DNA of 64,000 nt from Candidatus Latescibacterota bacterium. Its GTDB lineage: Bacteria; Latescibacterota; UBA2968; UBA8231. Below are positions 36,964 through 46,173 of the stretch, piece after piece (position 1 is the first letter of the stretch; each line of letters begins with the position of its first letter). The notes under the pieces were generated by a model. It worked only from the letters and a program-made list of their open reading frames with translations. It had not been told where the DNA came from and made no database searches. The stretch lies in contig OZ242005.1 of assembly GCA_965204725.1 (NCBI GenBank), positions 160,001 through 224,000 on the forward strand, given 5' to 3'. The position numbers were made by a program, and so were the translations under genes.

Positions 36964-38994
36964 CTATCGGCTTGGGCCAGAACCACTGCGGCCACTCCGT
37001 CGCGGAGTTCGGCGATGCCGGCGGCGAAAGCGGGCCAAGTCTTCGGCAAAACGAGGCTCATCCGGTAGAAGTTCCCGCGCCTTTTGAAAGGCGGACTCCA
37101 CTTCACTCCGAGGGGCACGGAGCCAGTCGAGGGTACGGGCGAGTTCGCGCCACGCCCAAGCATGGCGAGCGGGCGAGGCGTCCATCTGGATCACGCGCCC
37201 CAACAATTCCCGAGCTTCGACGAGAAGGCGTCGGTTCACTTCCCGCCACGATGGCTTTTTTTTCCGCATGACCTGTTGCGCCAGTCCAATTTTGGTCTGG
37301 GCGAACTCGAGAAGCGCCCGGGAATCATTCAAGACTACATGGCCCGCTTGCTTGAAATAACGATGCGCGGCCTGCTGATCGCCCAAGCGGTAGGCCAGAA
37401 TCGCCGTGTCAATGGCGTCCTGCGCTGAGACCACTTCGGACAGACTGCCGAGCAGCCGCCGGGCATCGTCTCCTCTCCCACCCGCGAGGAGAGCCTCGAT
37501 CAGCGTATTCGCCACGTAGGCGCGAGCAATCTGTGGCCCTCGCTCCTGGAATCTGGCAAATACGGCTTCGGCATCTTCCAATTGGCCTTGGGCCGCGTGT
37601 AGGCGAATCATCTCAATCGCCAGAATCGCAGACGCTTCGTTTGCCTCCCAAGCCCTTTGCACTCGGTTGAAGGCCTCTCTGGCACTCCCAACGGCGCTGA
37701 GATAGGCGGCATCCTGTATGGCTGAAACAGCCGCGTACTCTGGATGCGCTGGCAGCGTCACCCGGAAATAGGTTCGACCGGCGTCAAAATCGAACCTCGG
37801 AGTCGGCGATCCGTTTTGCTCCATCGCGTCGTAGATTTGCGGCAACCCCGTCAGGCGTCCCTCCGCAAGTTTGAGTTCCTTGAGGAACTCGCCTATTCGC
37901 CGGCTGCGAGCCGGAACCGGCGGTACGGAGCCGCCCGGCACTAGATGATCTTCCTCAATACCGGAAACCGGGCCGGGATAGCTGATCACTTCAATGCGGT
38001 CGGGATAGAGATACACCTTGGTCGGCTCGACTATATTCTTATCGTAACCCCGATGATAGACGGCGTTGACGATCGCCTCCCGCAAGGCGATTTGTGGGTA
38101 ACTGACCCACCCCCGCACTTGGCTGCGGTCGCGCTCCTTTTGTAGGTGGGTGTGCGAAAAATGCGCTAGATAGTTCAGGCACCCCCTCACCTGATCGGCG
38201 AGCGGGCCGCGAAAAGAACGCTCGGCCTGAACGCTTCCGGCGCGATCTCCTGCAAACTGAACTACTTCGATTTTTGCACCCGCAAACCAACGCTCAGGGT
38301 CTTCAGAAAAGAACAGCAGGCCGACGTTGCGAGGGACCTCGTGGTCGTTGACGGCTTTGGTTAGACGCATCCTCCGGTAGATTTCGAGGGGGTCCAGTGG
38401 CTTGCTTGCGTGGATAAGACCACTTCCCATGTCGTGCAAGTGCTCCCGCACTTTGATTGCTCGCAGATCCTCAACTTGCGCATCCGATGCTACCCGATCG
38501 TCCCAAGGAACACGGGCCGTTTGTTCGAGGAGCATTCCCAACTGGCCGCTCGTTTCTGCATCAACAGTAGCAGACCCCACCCGTATCCAGTACTTCCAGT
38601 TTCCCTTTGCATCCGGTGCGCGGTGGGGCCGATTTTCGCTGGCTGGGACCCATAAGACGAGGACGAGCCGGTCCGCTACCAATTCGGGAGAAAAGATGGG
38701 ATCGTACGATGGTCTCATGGCCTTGCAGCGGCCACGCAGCCACTTTTCCGCCCGCTCCACATCTTCGGCTCCAAGTCCGGCCGGCGGCAGCACCGCTTGA
38801 CCATTCTGTTCGGCGACCCCCATGACGATATAGCCACCGTTCAGATTCTGGTAGTCGTTTGCGAACGCGCAAACGGTCCTTAGAACTTGGCTTCCCGTGT
38901 GTTCGCTCCAGCTTGCCTTGAACTCCACGCGGGCCGATTCTACGGAGCGTTGGTGCAGAAGGTCATCGAGATTGACGGGCAGGATGGTGCTCAT
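36964..38994 (-). CDS. Schlafen/AlbA_2 + HATPase_c_4 protein with C-terminal TPR-like region
   Basis: ESARVEFK, CAFAN..GGYIVMGV, REAIVNAVYHRGY, IEVISYPG, EGRLTGLP; helical repeats in last ~250 aa. Confidence 0.88.
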   Translation of the reverse strand: MSTILPVNLDDLLHQRSVESARVEFKASWSEHTGSQVLRTVCAFANDYQNLNGGYIVMGVAEQNGQAVLPPAGLGAEDVERAEKWLRGRCKAMRPSYDPIFSPELVADRLVLVLWVPASENRPHRAPDAKGNWKYWIRVGSATVDAETSGQLGMLLEQTARVPWDDRVASDAQVEDLRAIKVREHLHDMGSGLIHASKPLDPLEIYRRMRLTKAVNDHEVPRNVGLLFFSEDPERWFAGAKIEVVQFAGDRAGSVQAERSFRGPLADQVRGCLNYLAHFSHTHLQKERDRSQVRGWVSYPQIALREAIVNAVYHRGYDKNIVEPTKVYLYPDRIEVISYPGPVSGIEEDHLVPGGSVPPVPARSRRIGEFLKELKLAEGRLTGLPQIYDAMEQNGSPTPRFDFDAGRTYFRVTLPAHPEYAAVSAIQDAAYLSAVGSAREAFNRVQRAWEANEASAILAIEMIRLHAAQGQLEDAEAVFARFQERGPQIARAYVANTLIEALLAGGRGDDARRLLGSLSEVVSAQDAIDTAILAYRLGDQQAAHRYFKQAGHVVLNDSRALLEFAQTKIGLAQQVMRKKKPSWREVNRRLLVEARELLGRVIQMDASPARHAWAWRELARTLDWLRAPRSEVESAFQKARELLPDEPRFAEDLARFRRRHRRTPRRSGRSGSGPSR

Positions 38995-39142
38995 TGAGCG
39001 GACATCCCTTTACGCGGGTTGGTATCGCTATACATACAAAAGGATAATATGCCAGCGTCTAAGAGGCGCAAGTCCAAGCCGAAATCGACGCGGTGCTGGG
39101 CATCGGCTAACTAACGCGAGGCCAGACCTGTCCACCGCGGCC

Positions 39143-42100
39143 CTACCTGAGCAGCACCATCTTTTCGACCCGAGAGATCGAGCCGGCTTGCAGCCGGTAG
39201 AAGTATATCCCCGACGCCAAGGGCTGCCCGTGGTCGTCGCGCCCGTCGTAGTTGACGGCGTAGTGGCCCGCTGACTGATGCTCGGCCACGAGGGTGCGGA
39301 CCACCTGCCCCAAGGCGTTGTGAACGGTCAACTGCACTGCGGCGGCTTGCGGCAGTCCGTACTGAATCGTCGTGGTGGGGTTGAACGGGTTGGGGTAGTT
39401 GGGGCCGAGGGCAAACTTGCCGATGGAGCCGACGCGCCCTTCGGTGGCGGTCATGGCCGATTGCGCGACCGGCGCGGCTTGGCTCTTCAGGGCGGCGTCC
39501 TGCTCGGTAAACGCGAATGCTTCCGGCAGCAGCACGGCCACGTCTTGCGCGCCTTGCGGATTGAGCCGCACCTCTGAGGATACGGCTTTGGGCCGAGCGG
39601 CCCCATTGGTGCCGGAGGTGATCCTAAGGTACGTCCGCTGGCCGCCGCACTCGGCGGCTACCGCCCAGCGAGTAGCCCGATAATCCAGCGTCTGCACGAG
39701 GGCACTGCCCACTGAAACGCCCGGAACCGCATCCACCCTAGCCCACGGGATGAACTCGGCACGGGGTTCGGCCAGCGCGACCACTCGGCCGTGCTCGTCG
39801 GCACTGTGAGTCATCCACACCTCGCGGTAAATGCGGTACGCGTCCACAGCGGCGTGTTCACTCGGCAGCGCCCACGTCAGCAGGACCGAGCCGCGCCAAC
39901 CGCCAGCGAGATCGGCCCCGAGGTAGTCTTCAGCGCGCACCCATTCGGGAGCGTCCCGGGGGCATCCAACCCTACAACCCGAGCCGGGATCCCCTGCCAC
40001 CCTTAAACAGGCGCGCTGGCCGCCGCACTCAGCGGCTACGGCCCAGCGAGTGGCCCGATAATCCAGCGTCTTCACGAGGGCACTGCCCACCGAAACGCCC
40101 GGAACCGCATCGATCCTAGCCCACGGGACGAACTCGGCGCGGGGCTGGTCCAGCGCGACCACCCGGCCGTGTTCATCGGCGCTGTGGGTCATCCGCACCT
40201 CGCGGTAAATGCGGTACGCGTCCAAGAGGGCGTGATTCCTCGACAACGCCCACGTCAGCAGGACCGAGCCATCCCAACCGCCAGCGCGGTCCGCGCCGAG
40301 GTAGTTTTCAGCACGCATCCAATCGGGAGCATCCAAACCCATCTGGACCGTTATGCTAAATGGCAGGGTGGCCGCATCGCCATCGGCATCGGTGGCCGCG
40401 TAGATACTTGTATAAGCGATCATCCGGCCCTCGTCACCCAAGACTGCGGGGGAGCCTTTCAACTGGCGAGAGTTGGCGTTGAACACCAAGCCGTCCGGCA
40501 GGTTCCGCAGACTATACGTCAGCGGGCCGTTGCCGCCGGTGGCGGCTGGCAGGGGCCGAGCAACCGCTTGGCAAGCGGTCGCCGTCAGCGGCTCAATCGT
40601 TGCGTCGCCAAAGGTCGGCTCTAGATCCGAGGGGACGATGGTGATAGTACAGAGCAGCGTCGCCGCATCGCCATCGGCGTCGGTGGCCATGTACGTGGCG
40701 ACGGTCGTGTCGGTCGCCGTCGCCGCACCGCCCAACTGCCGCTTCACCGCGTTGAACACCAAGCCATCCGGCAGGTTCAAAAAGCTATACGTCAGCGGAT
40801 CGTTGCCGCCGATAGCCTGCGGCAGCGTCCGTGGGGCAATCGCTCGGTCCACCTCGGCGAACAGATCGGCAAGCGTTGCGTCACCAAAGGTCGGCACTAG
40901 ATCCGGGGAAATGATGGTGATGGGAAACGGCAGGGTGGCTACATCGCCATCGGCGTCAATGGCCGCGTAGGTAGCGACGGTCGTGTCGGTCGCCATCGCC
41001 GCGCCAACCAACTGCCGCTTCACCGCGTTGAACACCAAGCTGTCCGGCAGATCCCACAGGCTATACCGCAGCGGGGGATCGCCGCCGGTGGCCGACGGCA
41101 GGGGCCAAACAACCGCTTGGTCCACTTCGGCGAACAGAGCGGGAATGCTCGCGTCGCCAAAGGACGGTTTTAGATCCGGGGGCGTGACCGTGATGGTGAA
41201 CAGCAACGAGTCGGCATCATAGTTGGCATCGCGAACCCGATAAATCATGGTCTCGGCACTGTCGGTTTCGGTGGTGGGAGTGCCCCGCAACTGGCGGGTG
41301 TCGGCGTGGAACATCAAGCTGTCCGGCAGGTTGCCGAGCAAGCTATAGGTCAGCGGGGGGTCGCCGCCGGTGGCCTTAGGCAGCTTCCGCGGGGCAATCG
41401 GTTGATGGACCTCGGCGACGAGGTCGGCAATCATCGCGGTGTCCGCGAAAGCCGGGAACCGATCCTCAAAGGAGGACGGCGGGACTGAGGAGACTGGGGG
41501 GACTGAGGAGACTGGGGGAGACGCGGCGGGAGGACCGACCACGTCGTTGTCGATGAGGCCGACGGTCATCTCAAGGGTGCGGCCATCGTAGTCCGCACCA
41601 CTTGCGGTAAACCTGAATGTCGCACGCCGACGAGGCCCAGCGTTGTACTCCGTGTCTTCTACCCCGGAAAACGTCACGTTCTGCTTGGTCTTCCAGTTCG
41701 ATGGCGTAAAACTCAACGACGTTTTATCCATGGTCACCAGCGTCGGATCCTGATTGGTGGTGAGGTTTATCGTGACATTCCCCTTGGGTTCGCTCGTTAT
41801 CCACACTTTTTGAGTAACGGTGCCGCCCTCGCGGACGCTCAAAGACGAGTCAAAAACGCGGATGTCCACCTGTTCATTATTTGCCACAACGACTCGCACC
41901 GTGCCGCTGACATTGTTGTAGTCCCCGCCGCTCGCAGTATGGGTAATCGTCGTCCGCCGTCCGAACTCATCGGCTACATCGTCATCAACCGCTGTCGCGG
42001 TGACCGTCTGCGCTGTATTCCAGTTCATTGTGGTGAAGGTCAAGCTCGAAGCTGACACCGTCGCCACGGTCTGGTCGCTGCTCGCCACCGCCACGGTGAC

Positions 42101-43720
42101 CTGCGTGGTCGGCTCGGTAGCCAGCACCACGGTGTAGCTTTTCGTGCCCCCGGCCTCATCGGCTATGTGAATGTCGCTCGCCGAAAACGACAACGCCGGG
42201 CTTGGCGCGGCCTCATTGTCGATGAGGCCGACGGTCATCGTATGGGTAAGGCCGTCGTAGTCCGCACCGCTTGCAGTAAACTTGATGGTCGCCTGCCGAC
42301 TAGCCCCTTGGTTGTACTCCGTATCTTCCACCCCGGAAAATGTCACGTTCTGCTTGGTCTTCCAGTTCGATGACGTAAAACTCAACGACGTTTTATCCAT
42401 AGTCACCAGAGTCGGGTCCTGATTGGTGAGGTTTATCGTGACATTCCCCTTGGGTTGGCTCGTTATCCACACCTTTTGAGTAACGGTCCCGCCCTCACGG
42501 ACGCTCAAAGACGAGTCGCGAACCTGTATGGTCGTCTGTTCATTGCTTGCCACAGCGACTCGCACTATGCCGCTGACATTGTTGTAGTTCCCGCCGCTCG
42601 CAGTGTGGGTGATCGTCGTCCGCCGTCCGAACTCATCGGCTACATCGTCATCAACCGCTGTCACGGTGATCGTCTGCGCTGTGTTCCAGTTCATTGTGGT
42701 GAAAGTCAAGCTCGAAGTTGACACCGTCGCCACGGTCTGATCGCTGTTCGACACCGCCACGGTGACCTGCACGGTCGGCTCGGCAGCCAGCACCACGGTG
42801 TAGCTTTTCGTGCCCCCGGCCTCATCGGCTATGTGAATGTCGCTCGCCGAAAACGACAACGCCGGGCTTGGCGCGGCCTCATTGTCGATGAGGTCGACGG
42901 TCATCCTAAGAGTAAAGCCGTCGTAGTCCGCATCGCTTGCAGTAAGCTTGATGGTCGCACGCCGACGAGCCCCACCGTTGTACTGAGTGTCTTCTACCCC
43001 AGAAAACGTCACGTCCTGCTTGGTCTCCCAGTTCGATGGCGTAAAACGCAACGACGTTTTATCCATGGTCACCAGCGTCGAGTTCTGATTGGTGAGGGTT
43101 ATCGTGACAATCCCTTTAGGTTCGCTCGTGATCCACACCTTTTGAGTAACGGTGCCGCCCTCGCGGACGCTCAAAGACGAGTCGCGAACCTGTATGGTCG
43201 CTTGGTCATCGTCTTGCACAGTGACTCGCACCGTGCCGCTGACATTGTTATAGCCCCCGCCGCTCGCAGTGTGAGTGATCGTCGTCCGCCGTCCGAACTC
43301 ATCGTCTATGTCGTCATCAACCGCTGTCACGGTGACCGTCTGCGCTGCATTCCAGTTCATTGTGGTGAAAGTCAAGCTCGAAGGAGATACCGTCGCCACG
43401 GTCCGGTCACCACTCGACACCGCCACGCTGACCGGCCCGGTCGGCTGGGTAGCCAGCACCACAGTATAACTCGTCGTGCCGGCGGCCTCACTGGCTATGT
43501 GAACGTTGCTCGCCGAAAACGTCAACGCCGGCGTGGTCTGCGCGTAGAGGGGGGCCGCGACGACGAGCGCGTACGCCAGACCGACAAACGCGCTGCCCAT
43601 TCGCCGACGCACGAGGAGATGTCTGCTACACCTTCGCAAGGGAGCCACAAACCGCACAAGGCCGGCGCTGCGGGGGCGCGTCAGACGACGGCTGCTTCCT
43701 ACAAAGGCTTTACTGACCAT
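39143..43720 (-). CDS. Large secreted Ig-repeat protein (3x Calx-beta-like pairs, 4x He_PIG-like, duplicated unknown domain, FlgD-Ig/T9SS-like CTD)
   Basis: LTFT..NWN.AQTVTVTAVDD repeats; LP.ATGGD.PL.YSL..LPDGL.F repeats; NYPNPFNPTTTI..NALGQVVRTL..SGIYFYRL. Confidence 0.9.
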   Translation of the reverse strand: MVSKAFVGSSRRLTRPRSAGLVRFVAPLRRCSRHLLVRRRMGSAFVGLAYALVVAAPLYAQTTPALTFSASNVHIASEAAGTTSYTVVLATQPTGPVSVAVSSGDRTVATVSPSSLTFTTMNWNAAQTVTVTAVDDDIDDEFGRRTTITHTASGGGYNNVSGTVRVTVQDDDQATIQVRDSSLSVREGGTVTQKVWITSEPKGIVTITLTNQNSTLVTMDKTSLRFTPSNWETKQDVTFSGVEDTQYNGGARRRATIKLTASDADYDGFTLRMTVDLIDNEAAPSPALSFSASDIHIADEAGGTKSYTVVLAAEPTVQVTVAVSNSDQTVATVSTSSLTFTTMNWNTAQTITVTAVDDDVADEFGRRTTITHTASGGNYNNVSGIVRVAVASNEQTTIQVRDSSLSVREGGTVTQKVWITSQPKGNVTINLTNQDPTLVTMDKTSLSFTSSNWKTKQNVTFSGVEDTEYNQGASRQATIKFTASGADYDGLTHTMTVGLIDNEAAPSPALSFSASDIHIADEAGGTKSYTVVLATEPTTQVTVAVASSDQTVATVSASSLTFTTMNWNTAQTVTATAVDDDVADEFGRRTTITHTASGGDYNNVSGTVRVVVANNEQVDIRVFDSSLSVREGGTVTQKVWITSEPKGNVTINLTTNQDPTLVTMDKTSLSFTPSNWKTKQNVTFSGVEDTEYNAGPRRRATFRFTASGADYDGRTLEMTVGLIDNDVVGPPAASPPVSSVPPVSSVPPSSFEDRFPAFADTAMIADLVAEVHQPIAPRKLPKATGGDPPLTYSLLGNLPDSLMFHADTRQLRGTPTTETDSAETMIYRVRDANYDADSLLFTITVTPPDLKPSFGDASIPALFAEVDQAVVWPLPSATGGDPPLRYSLWDLPDSLVFNAVKRQLVGAAMATDTTVATYAAIDADGDVATLPFPITIISPDLVPTFGDATLADLFAEVDRAIAPRTLPQAIGGNDPLTYSFLNLPDGLVFNAVKRQLGGAATATDTTVATYMATDADGDAATLLCTITIVPSDLEPTFGDATIEPLTATACQAVARPLPAATGGNGPLTYSLRNLPDGLVFNANSRQLKGSPAVLGDEGRMIAYTSIYAATDADGDAATLPFSITVQMGLDAPDWMRAENYLGADRAGGWDGSVLLTWALSRNHALLDAYRIYREVRMTHSADEHGRVVALDQPRAEFVPWARIDAVPGVSVGSALVKTLDYRATRWAVAAECGGQRACLRVAGDPGSGCRVGCPRDAPEWVRAEDYLGADLAGGWRGSVLLTWALPSEHAAVDAYRIYREVWMTHSADEHGRVVALAEPRAEFIPWARVDAVPGVSVGSALVQTLDYRATRWAVAAECGGQRTYLRITSGTNGAARPKAVSSEVRLNPQGAQDVAVLLPEAFAFTEQDAALKSQAAPVAQSAMTATEGRVGSIGKFALGPNYPNPFNPTTTIQYGLPQAAAVQLTVHNALGQVVRTLVAEHQSAGHYAVNYDGRDDHGQPLASGIYFYRLQAGSISRVEKMVLLR
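41545..43532 (-). repeat. Three tandem 666-bp intragenic repeats
   Basis: caacgccgg anchors end at 43531, 42865, 42199 (period 666). Confidence 0.92.
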
Positions 43721-43745
43721 ATAGCAATCCTACATCATTGCAAGA

Positions 43746-43800
43746 CTGGATTCCCCCCCCGTGTCGGGGCACGGGGGGAACGTTCTTGCGCGGGAAGGAC
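43746..43800. repeat. Composite REP with nested hairpin
   Basis: ctggattccc-ccccgtgtcggggcacgggg-..gcgggaaggac. Confidence 0.85.
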
Positions 43801-43840
43801 AGCTTAAACGGGTTCGGATAGAACGATATTACGCGGTGCC

Positions 43841-44095
43841 CTACTCGGCTCGGTCTAACAGGAGCCTAAAGGCGTCAAGGCTCGGCACCTGTATAGCCTC
43901 CCGATGCAACTGCTTGAGGCGCTGCACATCGTCGGTGGCCTCAATGCGAGCGGCCAACGGATCCGACGCAGCCAGCCCAAAGCGAATCTCTAGCACCTCA
44001 AGCAGAGCTTCAATGGTGCGTTCTCGGCCGCCCTGCTTAATCCCCTGCTCAATGCCCTTTTCCGTGAAATACTGCGCTACCGACGACTCGTACAT
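43841..44095 (-). CDS. Putative intragenic Rpn-S small protein (84 aa)
   Basis: In-frame ATG (MYESS) preceded by GAGGAGG at 5 nt spacing, just before GIEQG repeats. Confidence 0.65.
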   Translation of the reverse strand: MYESSVAQYFTEKGIEQGIKQGGRERTIEALLEVLEIRFGLAASDPLAARIEATDDVQRLKQLHREAIQVPSLDAFRLLLDRAE

Positions 44096-44728
44096 AGTTT
44101 CCTCCTCGATGATGGTCATAATCGTCTCTAAGTTATACACCAACCCACTTAACATCGCAAGATCGGCCATATAATTGGCCTTGCGGCTCTCGTCCATCGG
44201 CACCTGTTGCGCCCGGTTGACGCACTGGCGTAGCCATCCTTCGGCGTCCATCCCCTCAGGCGGCTGCATCAGTGGCGCAAACGGCAGCAAGCCCGAAGGC
44301 CCCGCGGCGAGGATGCGTTGGCCATCTATCTCGATCAGCCGAATGACCTTGTATTGGACTAAGACGCGGTAGCCGCGCCGCTCTTGGACGTAGTAGCCCG
44401 GATCGTTTCGGCCGGCGTCTGGACGGAGATAGATGACGTTGGAATAGATCGGCCGGCGGTGTTGCTCAATGCCGCGTCCGATATAGCCGGCCATGCGGAG
44501 CGGCATAGGGGGGTTGCTGTCGGTGGTTTGGAACTCGTGATGGACCAACGCCTTCTGATCGCCAATTTTGACGCGGATGAGGCTGTCGGTGCGGTGGGTT
44601 TCGACGGTGGTTTGCTCGGTATCGACGACGCCGAGGATTTGGATGTCGTCTTGCTGGAGGGCGAAGCGGGCGAAGTCTGCCGGGTAGGTGTGGATGAGGT
44701 GTTTGGCGATGGTGTCGAATTCGGCCAT
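43841..44728 (-). CDS. Rpn family recombination-promoting nuclease-like (PD-(D/E)XK) protein
   Basis: FD..AK.L, RTDSL..HHEFQT..MPLRMAGY, LLPFAPLM, C-terminal EKGIEQGIKQG..LEVLEIRFG. Confidence 0.88.
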   Translation of the reverse strand: MAEFDTIAKHLIHTYPADFARFALQQDDIQILGVVDTEQTTVETHRTDSLIRVKIGDQKALVHHEFQTTDSNPPMPLRMAGYIGRGIEQHRRPIYSNVIYLRPDAGRNDPGYYVQERRGYRVLVQYKVIRLIEIDGQRILAAGPSGLLPFAPLMQPPEGMDAEGWLRQCVNRAQQVPMDESRKANYMADLAMLSGLVYNLETIMTIIEEETMYESSVAQYFTEKGIEQGIKQGGRERTIEALLEVLEIRFGLAASDPLAARIEATDDVQRLKQLHREAIQVPSLDAFRLLLDRAE

Positions 44729-44774
44729 GGGTTTTGCCTTGGTTGCGGGTGGGGTGGGCTGGTATGTGCAACCG

Positions 44775-44789
44775 GCAAGAATCGTGCCA
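44775..44789 (-). promoter_or_regulatory. Putative sigma54 -24/-12 promoter upstream of rpn
   Basis: TGGCAC-GATTC-TTGC, 46 nt before ATG. Confidence 0.55.
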
Positions 44790-44904
44790 CGGCGGCGGCT
44801 CATAGGGGAGGGCTGGGGATCGGCGGCGTGGGTGTGTAGCGAAAAGGGGACAGGCGTGGGGCGTTGGGGAGAAAGTTTGACTGGCTTCCCGCATGACCCA
44901 AAGT

Positions 44905-44922
44905 GGGTTCTCAGACAGCCTC
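44905..44922. mobile_element. Solo IS5/IS1031-like terminal inverted repeat
   Basis: gggttctcagacagcctc, 16/18 to MITE end at 1343-1360, followed by TTA (stop of aldolase gene). Confidence 0.6.
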
Positions 44923-46074
44923 TTACATTTTTCTAACCTCGTCAAAGAACGTCTTAAAGGAGCCCGTGGCGGCGTGATCCCAACGGTCAAAGGTCGCTTG
45001 CAGCACGGCTAGCCAACGCTCTTTGGGCAGGCTTTGCACCGCTAAGCAGACGTAATAGGCATCGGTCAACGCCAAGCCGCGTCGCCCCTCCACGAGGGCT
45101 TGCTCTATGCGCTCGACCCATGGCGTCACCTCGGGCAAGGCTTCGACGCACCGCGCCTTGTGCTGGACAAAGTTGGCCAAGTGTTTGACCAAGCTCCGGC
45201 TGACGTCGTGCCGCTTTGCCGTGCCGGATACGTCGTTGAGGTCCAACTCGCCCCGGTGATACAATGCCAACAACTGCTGAGTGAGCGTGCGTTGCTGAGC
45301 ACTAACGGTTGCTTGCCGAGCGCGGCGCAAGCCACTGGTGAGGGCTGACATCTCGTGGCAGCAGTTGAGCCAGCGCACCCCTTTGGAGACCACCGAGCGC
45401 ATGGACGCGCCCGGGCCGACAGCCGTGCCCATGGCCTTGCCGCTGGCCGCACACGCCGCCCCCACGCGGCTGAAGGCCTCCTGCACGCGCTCGTGGTCTA
45501 TGTGGGGGACGCCGGCGCGCTCGACGCCGTAGCTGTGCGCCAAGTCGCTCGGCCCCACGAAGAGCAAGTCGATTCCTTCAACCGCGGCAATCGCTTCCAC
45601 CGCCTCCACGCCCTCGGCGTCTTCGATCATCACGCCGAGCAAGGTCTCGGCATCGGCCCTTCCCATGTACTCGGCCGAATCGAGCGTCCCGTAGTCCGAA
45701 TCCCGGCCGCAGCCTACGCCGCGCAAGCCCAGCGGCCGGAACTTGGCCATCCGCACGAAGGCGCGTGCTTCGTCGGCACTCTTGCAATGGGGCCAAACCA
45801 ACCCCTCGGCCCCTAACTCCAGCGGCTTGATCACTTGGTTGTACGGTCCCTTGGGGATGCGAACCACGGAATTGACCCCGGTGGCTCGCGCCGCCAAAAT
45901 CAGCGGCGAAAGCGCGTTTAGCTCTAGATGGGAATGCTCCATGTCGATCCAGACGCAGCCAAAACCCGCTTGGGCGGCCAGCTCGACTACGACCGGGTCG
46001 AAGATCCGGTTGATTTCGACGACCTCTACCGTCGCCCCTCCGAGCAGGGCGGCCTTAGTCTGATTGGTTTTCAC
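44923..46074 (-). CDS. HpcH/HpaI aldolase family protein with ~125-aa C-terminal extension
   Basis: VWIDMEH, VVRIP, KFRPLGLRG, MIEDAEGV, LFVGPSDL; SD ggagg + GTG. Confidence 0.9.
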   Translation of the reverse strand: MKTNQTKAALLGGATVEVVEINRIFDPVVVELAAQAGFGCVWIDMEHSHLELNALSPLILAARATGVNSVVRIPKGPYNQVIKPLELGAEGLVWPHCKSADEARAFVRMAKFRPLGLRGVGCGRDSDYGTLDSAEYMGRADAETLLGVMIEDAEGVEAVEAIAAVEGIDLLFVGPSDLAHSYGVERAGVPHIDHERVQEAFSRVGAACAASGKAMGTAVGPGASMRSVVSKGVRWLNCCHEMSALTSGLRRARQATVSAQQRTLTQQLLALYHRGELDLNDVSGTAKRHDVSRSLVKHLANFVQHKARCVEALPEVTPWVERIEQALVEGRRGLALTDAYYVCLAVQSLPKERWLAVLQATFDRWDHAATGSFKTFFDEVRKM

Positions 46075-46173
46075 GATGCCTCCTAATTGGCGTACCCTGC
46101 TCGCTTTCTCAGGGCGTTTTTTCTATATTCGCCCACTTGTCAACGCCCATTGTAAAATCACAGGAGACCTGTT

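Noticed and set aside
39059-39075. Partner TIR for the solo IS end at 44905 (taa-gaggcg..)
   Set aside because: Only 5 bases match; cannot support a composite transposon.
41476-41522. 18-bp repeat encoding PPVSSV
   Set aside because: In-frame low-complexity linker; ordinary.
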